DNA of 64,000 bases, from the NCBI GenBank assembly GCA_934746515.1, contig CAKVFH010000003.1:22529-86528 (forward strand), in the 5' to 3' direction. The stretch's first letter is position 1. Each line of letters opens with the position of its first letter. The notes beneath the pieces are model-generated. The model was not told where the DNA came from. It was given only the letters and a program-made list of their open reading frames with translations, and did no database searches. The stretch comes from an uncultured Clostridia bacterium (GTDB taxonomy: Bacteria; Bacillota; Clostridia; Christensenellales; UBA1242). Below, one piece after another: positions 1 to 9,885 of this stretch. Position numbers and translations under genes: made by a program.

Positions 1-2
1 TG

Positions 3-581
3 ATGAATTTTGCTGAAGAAAAGCATATTCCAAAATTCTTGCAAGGAAAGACCTTTGTTTGTTATGATTTTGAAACTACAGGACTGCATTATGTTTCAGG
101 TGACAAAATCATTGAAATTGGTGCTGTAAAAATTGAAGACGGCAAAATTACTGAAAAATTTATGAGTTATGTTGACCCAGAAAAACATATTCCAGAAGAG
201 TCTTCTGCAATCTCTGGCATTGTTGACAGCGATGTTCAGGGCGCGCCAACCGCCGACAAAGTTTTGCAAGACTTTTACAAATGGACTCGTGGGGCAATAA
301 TTATTGGTTATAATAACATAAATTTTGACAACATTTTCTTAATCGGTCAAGGAAGTCAGGCAAGGTGGAATTTTGACAACGAAACAGATGATGTTTACAA
401 ATGGGCGCAAAAATATGTTCGCGGAGCAAAAAATTACAAACTCAAAACGATTGCAGACAAGCTTGGTGTTACGCTCGATAATGCGCATCGTGCGGTGTAT
501 GATGCCTTGGCAACGGCGGAAGTTTTCATAAAAATACAAGAAATCTATGAAAAAGACATAGAAAACGCGTTAAATCAATGA
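3..581 (+). CDS. DnaQ/epsilon-like 3'-5' exonuclease (DEDDh); may continue upstream of the window
   Basis: Exo I YDFETTG, Exo II IIGYNNINFD, Exo III HRAVYDA; the frame is open to the window edge, so the N-terminus is uncertain. Confidence 0.8.
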   Translation: MNFAEEKHIPKFLQGKTFVCYDFETTGLHYVSGDKIIEIGAVKIEDGKITEKFMSYVDPEKHIPEESSAISGIVDSDVQGAPTADKVLQDFYKWTRGAIIIGYNNINFDNIFLIGQGSQARWNFDNETDDVYKWAQKYVRGAKNYKLKTIADKLGVTLDNAHRAVYDALATAEVFIKIQEIYEKDIENALNQ

Positions 582-598
582 TTTTTTTGCGTTAGTGC

Positions 599-627
599 TT
601 GCAAAATGAATGTAAATTGATTATACT
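599..627 (+). promoter_or_regulatory. sigma-A-type promoter of the rimP-nusA-infB operon
   Basis: TTGCAA (599-604), 17-nt spacer, TATACT (622-627). Confidence 0.5.
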
Positions 628-653
628 ATAAGTAGTTTATAGCTTGACTATGG

Positions 654-685
654 GGAGTGGCAAATGCCACTCCTAAAATTTTGTT
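654..685 (+). terminator. Terminator-like hairpin in the rimP-nusA leader (possible attenuator)
   Basis: GGAGTGGC / GCCACTCC 8-bp GC-rich stem, 4-nt loop, then interrupted U tract TAAAATTTTGTT; lies between the promoter and the rimP RBS. Confidence 0.45.
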
Positions 686-701
686 AAAAAGGAGATAGTT
701 A

Positions 702-1166
702 ATGTCTAAAATTTCAGAGAATGTTGAACAGTTTATCACACCTATAATTGACGAGCTTGGTTTAAACATTGAAGTTGTTGAAGTTGAATTCGCAAAAAAA
801 TATAATGGCGACAACTTAACCGTTTTCATTGACAAGCCAGGTGGTGTGACTATTGAAGATTGTGAAAAAGTTCATTCCGCAATTGACGGGCCACTTGATG
901 AGCTTAATCCAACCGAAGACAAGCCATACACACTCAATGTTTCAAGCCCAGGTATTGACCGACCAATTGTGACCGATAAAGATTATGCAAGAAATATTGG
1001 TGAAGAGCTTGAAATCAAACTGTTTGAACCTATCATGAAAAAAAGAACATTGATTGGAACTCTTGTTGCTTTTAACAAAGACAGCGTTATACTTGAAATC
1101 AATAATGAAAATTTGGAAATTGAAAGAAAGAAAATTTCTAAAGCCACAAAATTTATAAACTTTTAG
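702..1166 (+). CDS. rimP: Ribosome maturation factor RimP
   Basis: 154 aa, VSSPGIDRPI motif, directly upstream of nusA; AGGAG RBS. Confidence 0.9.
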   Translation: MSKISENVEQFITPIIDELGLNIEVVEVEFAKKYNGDNLTVFIDKPGGVTIEDCEKVHSAIDGPLDELNPTEDKPYTLNVSSPGIDRPIVTDKDYARNIGEELEIKLFEPIMKKRTLIGTLVAFNKDSVILEINNENLEIERKKISKATKFINF

Positions 1167-1175
1167 GAGAAAATT

Positions 1176-2300
1176 ATGACAAATAAAGATTTTTTTGCAG
1201 CACTTGATGCGCTTGAAAAAGAAAAAGGAATTAGTAAGGAATATTTTTTGGATGCTTTGCAAACAGCACTTGCAACAGCCTACAAGAGAAACTTTAATGA
1301 AGTTAGACCAGTTGAAGTTGTGCTTGATGAAACAAAGTATTCAATAGATATGTATGCTTATCAAACAGTTGTTAGCGAAGTTGAAAATCCAGACACAGAA
1401 ATTGCTCTTCAAGATGCAAGACTTATCAAGAAAACCTGCAAACTTGGTGAAAAACTTAAACAAAAAATCACTCCAAAGGAATTTGGTAGAATTGCTGCAA
1501 GCACTGCAAAACAAGTTATCACTCAAAAACTTCGTGAAAAAGAAAAAGATTCTGCTTATGGCGAATTCAGCAGCAAGGTTGATTCACTTTTGACCGGTGT
1601 TATCACAAGAATTGATGCAGATAATGTTTACATTGAGTTCCCAGGAACAAACACTGAAGGTGTTATGGCTCCATTTGATCAAATTGCTACAGAAAAATAT
1701 AATGTTGGCGACAGAATCAAAGTTTATGTTAAAAAACTTCGTGAAACCGCTTATGGCGTTCAAGCAATCTGTTCAAGATCAAATGCTGGATTTGTTAAAA
1801 AATTGTTCGAACTTGAAGTTCCAGAAATTCAAGACGGCGTTGTTGAAATTGTGAACATTGTTCGTGAAGTTGGCTACAGAACCAAAATTGCAATCACTTC
1901 AAAAGATCCTAATGTTGATGCTCTTGGTGCATGTGTTGGTGCTAAAGGCGTCAGAGTGAATTCAATTGTGTTCCAACTTGGTGGCGAAAAAATTGATATT
2001 ATTGTTTATTCAGATGATCCATTTGAATACATCGCTCGCGCTCTTTCTCCAGCAAAGGTTATTTCAGTTGAAATTGATGAAATCACAAAGTCTGCAAGAG
2101 TTATTGTTCCTGATGACAAACTTTCTCTTGCTATTGGCAAAGGCGGACAAAATGTTCGTTTGGCTGCAAAACTTACAAACTGGAAGATTGATGTTAAAAG
2201 CGAAAGCAAAGCAAAAATGGATTCTGGTGATGCAAGTCACACTGATGTTGATGATATTGGCGGAATTTTCAGCGGCACTGAAGACATCAGTCTTGACTAG
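1176..2300 (+). CDS. nusA: Transcription termination/antitermination factor NusA
   Basis: S1 and two KH regions (GACVGAKGVRVNSI, IGKGGQNVRLAAKLTNWKIDV). Confidence 0.95.
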   Translation: MTNKDFFAALDALEKEKGISKEYFLDALQTALATAYKRNFNEVRPVEVVLDETKYSIDMYAYQTVVSEVENPDTEIALQDARLIKKTCKLGEKLKQKITPKEFGRIAASTAKQVITQKLREKEKDSAYGEFSSKVDSLLTGVITRIDADNVYIEFPGTNTEGVMAPFDQIATEKYNVGDRIKVYVKKLRETAYGVQAICSRSNAGFVKKLFELEVPEIQDGVVEIVNIVREVGYRTKIAITSKDPNVDALGACVGAKGVRVNSIVFQLGGEKIDIIVYSDDPFEYIARALSPAKVISVEIDEITKSARVIVPDDKLSLAIGKGGQNVRLAAKLTNWKIDVKSESKAKMDSGDASHTDVDDIGGIFSGTEDISLD

Positions 2301-2308
2301 GAGAGTTT

Positions 2309-2557
2309 ATGGCTAATCCTATTAGAACTTGTATTGTTTGCAGAAAGAAAGGCACAAAAGAAAACTTTATAAAAATTGTTTTAAACAAAAATGGTGAATT
2401 GCTTATTGAAAAAGACAAAAGGCTTGACGGCCGCGGCGCATATATTTGCAAAGCTGGCGAGTGCATAGACAAATGTCAAAAATCAAAAGCAATCAATCGT
2501 GCGTTTAAAATGAATGTTCCACAAGAATTTTATGAGGAACTTAAAAATGGAAAATAA
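2309..2557 (+). CDS. ylxR: YlxR/RnpM family RNA-binding protein (DUF448)
   Basis: RTCIVCRKK ... GRGAYIC motifs; conserved position between nusA and infB. Confidence 0.85.
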   Translation: MANPIRTCIVCRKKGTKENFIKIVLNKNGELLIEKDKRLDGRGAYICKAGECIDKCQKSKAINRAFKMNVPQEFYEELKNGK

Positions 2558-2849
2558 CATTTCTAAAATCAAGACATATTTGGGTTTTGCAATAAAGTCA
2601 CGAAAAGTTAGGTTTGGTGTTGACGATATTATGAAACTCAAAAAGGCTGATTTGATTCTTGTTTCGGACTCGCTGACAGAGTCTGGACAACAGAAAATTA
2701 ACACTTTTGCAAAAAATCATTCGGTTTATGTTAAATCACTAAATCAAGAAGAGTTTGCAGAAATTGTAAATAATATAAACATAAAAGCGGCAGCAATTTT
2801 AGATAAAAATCTTGCTGATGCAATAAAAAAGAATTTGACTAATAATTAG
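2547..2849 (+). CDS. ylxQ: L7Ae-family ribosomal-protein-like YlxQ
   Basis: Start moved from 2514 to ATG 2547 (GAGGA 8 nt upstream); 11-nt overlap with ylxR; conserved nusA-ylxR-ylxQ-infB order. Confidence 0.8.
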   Translation: MENNISKIKTYLGFAIKSRKVRFGVDDIMKLKKADLILVSDSLTESGQQKINTFAKNHSVYVKSLNQEEFAEIVNNINIKAAAILDKNLADAIKKNLTNN

Positions 2850-2863
2850 TCGCGGAGGAAACT

Positions 2864-5497
2864 TTGAACAAAACAGAAAACAAAGTGCAAGTAGATTTTT
2901 CAAACATTAGAGACTTGCAAAACATTATCAAAACCAATGGTATTTCAAAACTTGCAATGGGTGTGAAGTCTTTGAGACAAAGGCTTGGTGCAGTTGGCGC
3001 AAAAATTGCTGATGTGAAGAAAACTGTTCAAGAGCCAAAAAAGGCTGAACCAAAACCAGTTGAAGCAAAGCCACAAGAAAAGCCTGTTGAAACAAAGATT
3101 GAAAAACCCGCAGTTCAGGAAAAGAGCGCTGAAACTCCAGCTAAAAAGCCTGCTTTTGAAAACAAACAGGCATACCAAAACAGACAGAATGGTTTTGCTG
3201 GACAAAGACAAGGTGGGTTTGATAATAACTATCAAAACAGACAAAATGGTGGATACCAAAACAATGGTTATCAGAATCGTCAAGGAAATTATCAAAATCG
3301 CAATGATGGCGGATTCCAGAACCGTCAAGGCGGAAGATTTGTTGCAACTGGCGAAAGAAAATTTGATAACAATTATGGTGATAGAAGACCTGGCGCGTTT
3401 AATGGTAATGGTTCAAGGTTCAACAAACCTGGCGACAGACCAGCTGGTCAAGGTGGGTTCCAGAGAAAGCCTTTTGGTGCAGCTCAAGGCGGAGTAACTC
3501 CAAGACTACCAAAACCAACTGAAGGTTTTGCTGCTTCAACAATTGCTAAAACAAACAATCGTGTGGCTCCACAAAAGAAGAAATCACATGACAAGGGTGA
3601 CGAAAAGAAAGCACTTAACAAAAAGTCACTTTTGATGCGTGGTTATGTCAGCGACGAAGGTTCAATGGATGAAGATGGCGTTGTAAGAGTTCACAGCAAA
3701 AAATATAAAGAAGAATCAGCTCCAGCACAAAAAGTTGTTCAAAAGATTGACCATGCTGTTATCACAACAGACAACTTAACTGTGAAGATTTTGGCTGAAA
3801 CAATCGGCAAATCTGTTCCAGAACTTATGAGCAAATTCTTGCTTTTAGGAATGATGGTAAACATCAATTCTAACATTGATTTTGAGTCTGCAGAACTTGT
3901 TGCAAGCGAGTTTGGAATCACTCTTGAAAAGAAAGTTGAAAAATCTTTTGAAGAAAAACTTGCTGATACATATAAAGAAATTGAAGATAAAGATGAAGAC
4001 CTTGTTAAGCGCCCAGCTGTTGTGTGTGTTATGGGACATGTTGACCATGGTAAAACTTCACTTCTTGACCAAATTAGAAAAACAAATGTCGTTGCTGGTG
4101 AAGCTGGCGGTATCACCCAAAGCATTGGTGCATACACCATTAACCTTAACGGCGAAAATATCACATTTATTGATACTCCTGGACACGAAGCTTTCACAGC
4201 AATGCGTGAAAGGGGTGCAAAACTCACAGATATTGCAATCTTGATTGTTGCGGCAGATGACGGTGTTATGCCACAGACAGTTGAGTCTATCAAACAAATC
4301 AAAAATGCAAAAGTTCCAATGATTGTTGCAATCAGCAAAATTGATAAGCCTGGTGCAAACATTGAAAATGTTAAAACACAGCTTGCACAATATGATGTAT
4401 TGCCAGAAGAATGGGGTGGCGATGCAATCATTGTTCCAATCGATGCAAAACATGGAACTAATGTTGACAAACTTCTTGAAATGGTTTTGTTTGTTGCTGA
4501 ATATCAAAACTTAAAAGCTAATCCAAACAGAAAAGCATCTGGTTCAATCATTGAAGCAAAACTTGATCGTGGTCTTGGTGCTGTTGCAACTGTTCTCGTT
4601 CAAAACGGAACACTTAAAGTTGGCGACTATGTTGTTGTTGGCACTTGCACAGGAAAAATTCGTGCAATGATGAACGACAAAAACGAAAGAATCAAGAGCG
4701 CTGGACCATCAATTGCGGTTCAAATTATGGGTCTTTCAGGTGTTCCAAATGCTGGTGACGAACTCTTTGTGGTTGATGAAAAGATGAGTCGTCAAGTTGC
4801 TTTGGAAAGACAAAATCAAGCCAAAGTTGACATGATTAAGAGCGCTGATCTTTCAATTGAAAACATGATGAACAAGATTGCTGATAGCAATTTCAAAGAC
4901 TATAATGTTATTGTTAGAGCCGATGTTCAAGGTTCTGTTGAAGCGCTCAAGCAAGCACTTGTTGCAATTCAAAATGAAGAAGTTAAAGTTAGATTCGTAT
5001 CAGGTTTGGTTGGTGCAGTTACTGAAAATGATATTAGTTTGGCTCAAGCTTCAAATGCACTTGTTGTTGCATTTAACACAAAAATTGACTTTAAAGCTAA
5101 AGTTTTAGCTGACAAATATAAAGTTGAAATCAAATCTTCAAAGATTATCTATGAAGTTATTGATTATATAAAAGAAAAGATTAGCAAGATGCTTACTCCA
5201 AAATATAAGGAAGTTATCACTGGTCATGCCGAAATCAGAGCAACATTCAAGGCAAGCAAAGTTGGGTTGATTGCCGGAACTTATGTTCTTGATGGAAAGA
5301 TTGGCCGTGGCAACAAAGTCCGCGTATTTAGGGGCGAAAAGAAGATTTACGAAGGCGAAATCGCTTCACTTCAAAGAGAAAAGAATGAAGCAAAAGATGT
5401 TGATGCAGGTTTTGAATGCGGCGCAACTTTTGCAGGATTTACAGATTTTGCTGTTGGCGATACCTTTGAAACTTATATTCTTGAAAGAATTAACTAA
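2864..5497 (+). CDS. infB: Translation initiation factor IF-2
   Basis: TTG start after GGAGGAA; G domain GHVDHGKTSLLD, DTPGHEAF, SKID; 877 aa. Confidence 0.97.
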   Translation: MNKTENKVQVDFSNIRDLQNIIKTNGISKLAMGVKSLRQRLGAVGAKIADVKKTVQEPKKAEPKPVEAKPQEKPVETKIEKPAVQEKSAETPAKKPAFENKQAYQNRQNGFAGQRQGGFDNNYQNRQNGGYQNNGYQNRQGNYQNRNDGGFQNRQGGRFVATGERKFDNNYGDRRPGAFNGNGSRFNKPGDRPAGQGGFQRKPFGAAQGGVTPRLPKPTEGFAASTIAKTNNRVAPQKKKSHDKGDEKKALNKKSLLMRGYVSDEGSMDEDGVVRVHSKKYKEESAPAQKVVQKIDHAVITTDNLTVKILAETIGKSVPELMSKFLLLGMMVNINSNIDFESAELVASEFGITLEKKVEKSFEEKLADTYKEIEDKDEDLVKRPAVVCVMGHVDHGKTSLLDQIRKTNVVAGEAGGITQSIGAYTINLNGENITFIDTPGHEAFTAMRERGAKLTDIAILIVAADDGVMPQTVESIKQIKNAKVPMIVAISKIDKPGANIENVKTQLAQYDVLPEEWGGDAIIVPIDAKHGTNVDKLLEMVLFVAEYQNLKANPNRKASGSIIEAKLDRGLGAVATVLVQNGTLKVGDYVVVGTCTGKIRAMMNDKNERIKSAGPSIAVQIMGLSGVPNAGDELFVVDEKMSRQVALERQNQAKVDMIKSADLSIENMMNKIADSNFKDYNVIVRADVQGSVEALKQALVAIQNEEVKVRFVSGLVGAVTENDISLAQASNALVVAFNTKIDFKAKVLADKYKVEIKSSKIIYEVIDYIKEKISKMLTPKYKEVITGHAEIRATFKASKVGLIAGTYVLDGKIGRGNKVRVFRGEKKIYEGEIASLQREKNEAKDVDAGFECGATFAGFTDFAVGDTFETYILERIN

Positions 5498-5549
5498 TCT
5501 TAAGAGCGTGAGATTACTTCAAGCGCTCTGATTATTTTAGGAGAAATCT

Positions 5550-5921
5550 ATGACAAATAAAAGAATGAGTAGAGTTGATGCAGAAATTCAAAAAGCACTT
5601 GCTGAAATCATTTCTAAATTTGATGATGTTAATATTGCCGGTTCACTTATTTCAGTCATGAAAGTCGAAACATTTTCAGACTTTTCAATGGCTAAAGTTT
5701 TCATTAGTGTTCTTGGCGATAAATCAAAAAAATCTTTAATAGTTAAGAAACTTAACGATAACAAAAAAACTATTCGATATGAGCTTGCACACAGCATGCG
5801 TCTTAAAAATGTTCCAGACCTTGTGTTTATTGTGGATGAAGTTGAAGAACGCGCTGAAAAAGTGTTGAAACTTTTTGAGCAAATCGAAGGAGAAAACAAC
5901 GATGTTCGAGAAGATAATTAA
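5550..5921 (+). CDS. rbfA: Ribosome-binding factor A
   Basis: 123 aa RbfA-like, follows infB; AGGAG RBS. Confidence 0.9.
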   Translation: MTNKRMSRVDAEIQKALAEIISKFDDVNIAGSLISVMKVETFSDFSMAKVFISVLGDKSKKSLIVKKLNDNKKTIRYELAHSMRLKNVPDLVFIVDEVEERAEKVLKLFEQIEGENNDVREDN

Positions 5922-6873
5922 GCTCTTAAATGATGCGGACTATGTCTCCATTTATTCGCATATCAATTCTGATTGCGATGCTATGGGGTCTTCACTTGCC
6001 ATGAAGCTTGCGCTCGAGCAATTGGGCAAAAAGGTTGATGTTTATTCAAATTCAGATTTTCCATCAAACTTCAAGTTTTATGGTGACTACATGAATGGTC
6101 TTAATAAAAAAACATGTGAAAAATATGACCTTGCTGTTTGTTTGGACACACCAAATGAAAACAGACTCGGCAAATATAAATTCACATACAGAAAAGGTGT
6201 GAAAAATGTCATTGTGATTGATCATCACACCTTGTCAAATGAAAAATTCAGCAGGTATAGCTATGTTTTGGAGTCATCATCAACCTGCGAAATTTTGTAT
6301 GGAGTTTTGAAAAAACTTGGCATAAAATTTAACACCGAGATTTGCAAATTCTTGCTTTCAGGAATTTTGACTGACACTGGAAAATTTGCACATTCCGTTA
6401 CACCAAAAACCATAAGAATTGTTTCAAGACTTCTAGCTTTTGGAAAACTTGACATGGAAAGTTTAACGACTCCGCTATTCAATTCAATGTCATTTAATTC
6501 ATTCGAAATGCTGAAAAAACTTTACAATAACATGGAGTTTTTGTGCGACAATAGGTTTGCGCTTGTGATGTTCAGAAGGCAAGATTTTATTGACTCGCAA
6601 ACAACTCTTGATGACACAAATGCTTTTCCTGATCTGCCACTTCAGCTTGAAAGTGTGCAATTCTGCATTTTGGCGTCTGAAGACGATAAAGGTTACTTTA
6701 GAGTTTCATTCAGATCAAAAGGTGATATTTCAGCTAGAGAAGTTGCTGAAAGTTTTGGCGGTGGTGGACATCCAAATGCCAGCGGTTGCAAAATTTTTGG
6801 TTCTTTTGAAGAAGTCAGGCAGCGACTTATTGATAGCACAATTGAAGTTTTAGGGTGGAAAAATGTTGATTAA
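5902..6873 (+). CDS. nrnA: DHH/DHHA1 phosphoesterase, NrnA-like nanoRNase/pAp phosphatase
   Basis: DCDAMGS, IDHH, GGGH motifs; start moved to ATG 5902 (AAGGAG upstream). Confidence 0.85.
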   Translation: MFEKIIKLLNDADYVSIYSHINSDCDAMGSSLAMKLALEQLGKKVDVYSNSDFPSNFKFYGDYMNGLNKKTCEKYDLAVCLDTPNENRLGKYKFTYRKGVKNVIVIDHHTLSNEKFSRYSYVLESSSTCEILYGVLKKLGIKFNTEICKFLLSGILTDTGKFAHSVTPKTIRIVSRLLAFGKLDMESLTTPLFNSMSFNSFEMLKKLYNNMEFLCDNRFALVMFRRQDFIDSQTTLDDTNAFPDLPLQLESVQFCILASEDDKGYFRVSFRSKGDISAREVAESFGGGGHPNASGCKIFGSFEEVRQRLIDSTIEVLGWKNVD

Positions 6874-7732
6874 AAGCGGTTTTGTAAATGTTATCAAACC
6901 AACGGGTGTTTCATCTTCAAATGTTGTTTGTAGAGTGAAAAAAATTCTAGGAACTAGCAAAGTTGGACATTTAGGAACGCTCGATCCTGCGGCTTCTGGG
7001 GTTCTGCCAGTGGCTTTTGGAAAGGCAACAAAATTCTTTGGTTACTTTCTAAAAAAAGACAAAGAATATGTTGCAGATGTGTTGTTTGGAATTGAAACCG
7101 ATACTTTGGATAGTTTTGGTAATATAACAAAAACTGAAAGTGTCAACATAAGAAAAGAAGATATAGAAAAGGTTTTGCCAAGCTTTATTGGAAAAATCAA
7201 TCAAGTTCCGCCAATGTATTCGGCAATTAAAGTCGATGGAAAAAAAGCGTGCGATTTGGCTAGAGAAGGCAAAGTAATTGATTTAAAATCGCGTGAAATT
7301 GAAATTTTTAGCATCGATATTTTGAGTGAGATTGGTGAAAATAAATTCAGGTTCAAGGTTCATTGTTCAGCAGGCACTTATATCAGAACATTGTTTAATG
7401 ATATTGCGGGTGCGCTTGGAACTGTTGCCACAACTCCGGTTATTATCAGAACAAAAAGTGGTGCATTTGATATTGAAAATGCACTGACTTTGGATGAATT
7501 AGAAGAAAATAAATCTGTTATTTCGATTGAAAATCTGTTTTCAAATTCTGAATTTATTGATATTACTGATGAAGTTTTGGTAAAAAAACTTCTTTGTGGA
7601 GTTAAATTGAAACAGACCGAAATTGGCATCAAATTGGAAGGAAATTTCTTTTTAAAAACAAACAATCAATTGATTGGAATGTATCACTTTGATGGCGAAA
7701 ATTTGATTTGTGATGTTTTCTTGTTTGAATAA
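6863..7732 (+). CDS. truB: tRNA pseudouridine(55) synthase TruB
   Basis: GHLGTLDPAASGVLPV catalytic motif; synteny after rbfA. Confidence 0.93.
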   Translation: MLIKSGFVNVIKPTGVSSSNVVCRVKKILGTSKVGHLGTLDPAASGVLPVAFGKATKFFGYFLKKDKEYVADVLFGIETDTLDSFGNITKTESVNIRKEDIEKVLPSFIGKINQVPPMYSAIKVDGKKACDLAREGKVIDLKSREIEIFSIDILSEIGENKFRFKVHCSAGTYIRTLFNDIAGALGTVATTPVIIRTKSGAFDIENALTLDELEENKSVISIENLFSNSEFIDITDEVLVKKLLCGVKLKQTEIGIKLEGNFFLKTNNQLIGMYHFDGENLICDVFLFE

Positions 7733-7764
7733 TTCAAATAAATTTTACAAGTATAAAAAAATAC

Positions 7765-7793
7765 ATTGATTTTTATCGGTATCTATGATAAAA
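7765..7793 (+). promoter_or_regulatory. sigma-A-type promoter of efp
   Basis: TTGATT, 17-nt spacer ending TGA, TAAAAT; overlaps the ORF-track start at 7766, which argues against that start. Confidence 0.5.
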
Positions 7794-7819
7794 TAATTTT
7801 GTTAAAAATAGGAGGAAAT

Positions 7820-8377
7820 ATGATTACTGCAGGCGATTTAAGAAAAGGTGTTACTTTTGAATATGAAGGAAAAGTTTATGTTGTTGTAGACTTTTTGCAT
7901 GTTAAACCTGGAAAGGGTGCTGCATTCGTTAGAACAAAGCTCAAAAATGTTGTAACAGGACAAGTTATTGAAATGACTTTCAACCCAGTTACAAAATTCG
8001 AAAAAGCTCAAATCGAAAGAAAACAAATGCAATATCTTTACAGTGACGGTGATTTGTATTATTTCATGGATAATGAAACTTATGAACAATTGCCACTTAA
8101 CAAGAGCCAAGTTGAAGAAGCATTACAATATATCACTGAAAATATGGATGTAACAATAGCTTTCTACAAAGGCGAAGCATTCAGCGTTGAAGCTCCAAAC
8201 TTTGTTGAACTCACTATTGTTGAATGTGAACCAGGTGTTCAAGGTGATACTTCTAAAGCTGGCAACAAACCAGCAAAACTTGAAACAGGTCTTGTTCTTC
8301 AAGTTCCATTGTTTGTTAATAATGGCGACAAAATCAGAATTGATACAAGAACTGGAACATACATGTCAAGAGTATAG
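7820..8377 (+). CDS. efp: Elongation factor P
   Basis: ATG 7820 after [21 protein letters not shown] motif. Confidence 0.95.
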   Translation: MITAGDLRKGVTFEYEGKVYVVVDFLHVKPGKGAAFVRTKLKNVVTGQVIEMTFNPVTKFEKAQIERKQMQYLYSDGDLYYFMDNETYEQLPLNKSQVEEALQYITENMDVTIAFYKGEAFSVEAPNFVELTIVECEPGVQGDTSKAGNKPAKLETGLVLQVPLFVNNGDKIRIDTRTGTYMSRV

Positions 8378-8403
8378 TTTAAACTTAATCAAAAATATTA
8401 AAA

Positions 8404-8433
8404 ATATGTCAAGATATGACATATTTTTTTTTG
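8404..8433 (+). terminator. Rho-independent terminator after efp
   Basis: ATATGTC / GACATAT stem followed by a T9 run. Confidence 0.7.
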
Positions 8434-8487
8434 CGTCAAAATCATATTACTTTTTTGCTACTAATAAAATTTGTTAGGAGAGAAATA

Positions 8488-9399
8488 TTGAAAAGTATTT
8501 TGCCAGAATGGCTTTATAGATGTTTGTCGGAAAACTTCAGTTTGGATGAAATCCAAGAAATTCGTGTAAGGCGCAATCAACCAATTCAAATTTGTTTTAA
8601 AGGCAAGATGATTGAACTTAAAAACAATTCGGGGCTATACTTAAAACCAATTGTTGCGACAGCGGAGCTTATAGACTACATCATTTCTGTTGCAACAAAA
8701 CAGTCGCTTTATGCGTTTGATGAACAAATTAAAAATGGCTATATAGTGACTGAAAACGGAATAAGAATAGGTCTTTGTGGAACAGCAGTTGTTGCAAACG
8801 ACAAAATTAGTTTTATAAAAAACATAAGCTCATTAAATATCAGAATTGGACACAATGTCTGTGGTTGCTCAAATGAAATCATAAACTATATCGCAAGCAA
8901 TGGCTATGTGAAAAATACTTTGATTGTTTCAGCTCCAGGTGCAGGAAAGACAACACTACTAAGAGACATTATTTTAAAATTGTCAAATGACTTCAACATT
9001 CCAAACATTATGGTAGTTGATGAAAAATTTGAACTAGCTGGTGAAAAACAAAATTTTAATCTTGGCAAGAACACAGATGTGATGCAGGGCTCAAATAAAA
9101 AATTTGCTTTTTATGATGCAATAAAGGTGATGAGTCCAAATGTGATTGCAACAGACGAAATTATTTCAGAAAGTGATGTTGAAGGAATTAAGTTCGCAAT
9201 AAAATCTGGTGTCAGTGTGATTGCAACAGTTCATGCAAAGTCGATTGAAGAACTAAAATCAAAAACATATTTTGATTCGCTTGTTAAGGATAAATATTTT
9301 GAAAGGTTTATCATTCTATCAAAAAGAAATGGGGTCGGCACAATTGAAGGGGTGTTTGATGAAAATACATTCGCACTCTTTTTGCCATATTTAAAATGA
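8488..9399 (+). CDS. spoIIIAA: Stage III sporulation protein AA (ATPase)
   Basis: TTG 8488 after AGGAGA (the track start 8416 lies inside the efp terminator); Walker A SAPGAGKTT; first gene of an AA-AH array after efp, as in B. subtilis. Confidence 0.85.
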   Translation: MKSILPEWLYRCLSENFSLDEIQEIRVRRNQPIQICFKGKMIELKNNSGLYLKPIVATAELIDYIISVATKQSLYAFDEQIKNGYIVTENGIRIGLCGTAVVANDKISFIKNISSLNIRIGHNVCGCSNEIINYIASNGYVKNTLIVSAPGAGKTTLLRDIILKLSNDFNIPNIMVVDEKFELAGEKQNFNLGKNTDVMQGSNKKFAFYDAIKVMSPNVIATDEIISESDVEGIKFAIKSGVSVIATVHAKSIEELKSKTYFDSLVKDKYFERFIILSKRNGVGTIEGVFDENTFALFLPYLK

Positions 9400-9881
9400 A
9401 ACTGATAATTCTAGCAGGGGTTATAATTGCATTTGCAAGCATTGGCTTTCAGATTAAAAATAAATATGTAAAGCAAAAAGAATTTTTAGTTTTTCTTGAA
9501 TCCTTTTTAAATTATCTATACCTAAATATTTCAATTTATAAAAATAATCTTGATGAAATTATCAATAATTATTTAATTCAGCAAAATATTAAAAATGCAA
9601 AATATGTCAAATTTATTCTAAAAAACGACAATTTAAAGCGATTTGATGAAAAATTATTAAATGATTATATTTACAATGAAGAACTAAAAAATCAGATAAA
9701 TATTTATTTTAATGGTTTGGGGAAAGGGACTGTTCAGTCTGAATGTGAAAATGCAAAATATATTTTAGCTTGTGTTAAATCAAATATTGCAAAAACAAAC
9801 GAAGATATTAAACAAAAAGGTGATTTATATTTTAAAATTTGGCTAGCTGTTGGTGTTGTTGTGGATATTATTTTATGGTGA
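9396..9881 (+). CDS. spoIIIAB: Stage III sporulation protein AB
   Basis: 161 aa, N-terminal TM helix, operon position; 4-nt overlap with AA. Confidence 0.8.
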   Translation: MKLIILAGVIIAFASIGFQIKNKYVKQKEFLVFLESFLNYLYLNISIYKNNLDEIINNYLIQQNIKNAKYVKFILKNDNLKRFDEKLLNDYIYNEELKNQINIYFNGLGKGTVQSECENAKYILACVKSNIAKTNEDIKQKGDLYFKIWLAVGVVVDIILW

Positions 9882-9885
9882 TTAT

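Noticed and set aside
3739-4470. Long minus-strand ORFs opposite infB (also 26304-26717, 54397-54876, 50057-50461, 33293-33607 and many others in the track)
   Set aside because: They lie entirely antisense to strongly supported + strand genes. They have low-complexity S/F/I-rich translations and no RBS or promoter. These are typical shadow ORFs of AT-rich coding sequence.
7766-7819. N-terminal extensions given by the ORF track (7766 efp, 8416 spoIIIAA, 2514 ylxQ, 27515 rluB, 30934 Nudix, 37870 rlmH, 44494 Mrr, 46134 thrS, 52715 ruvC)
   Set aside because: The upstream portions overlap promoters, terminators or the T-box terminator and lack an SD. Internal starts with good SD spacing give canonical protein N-termini.
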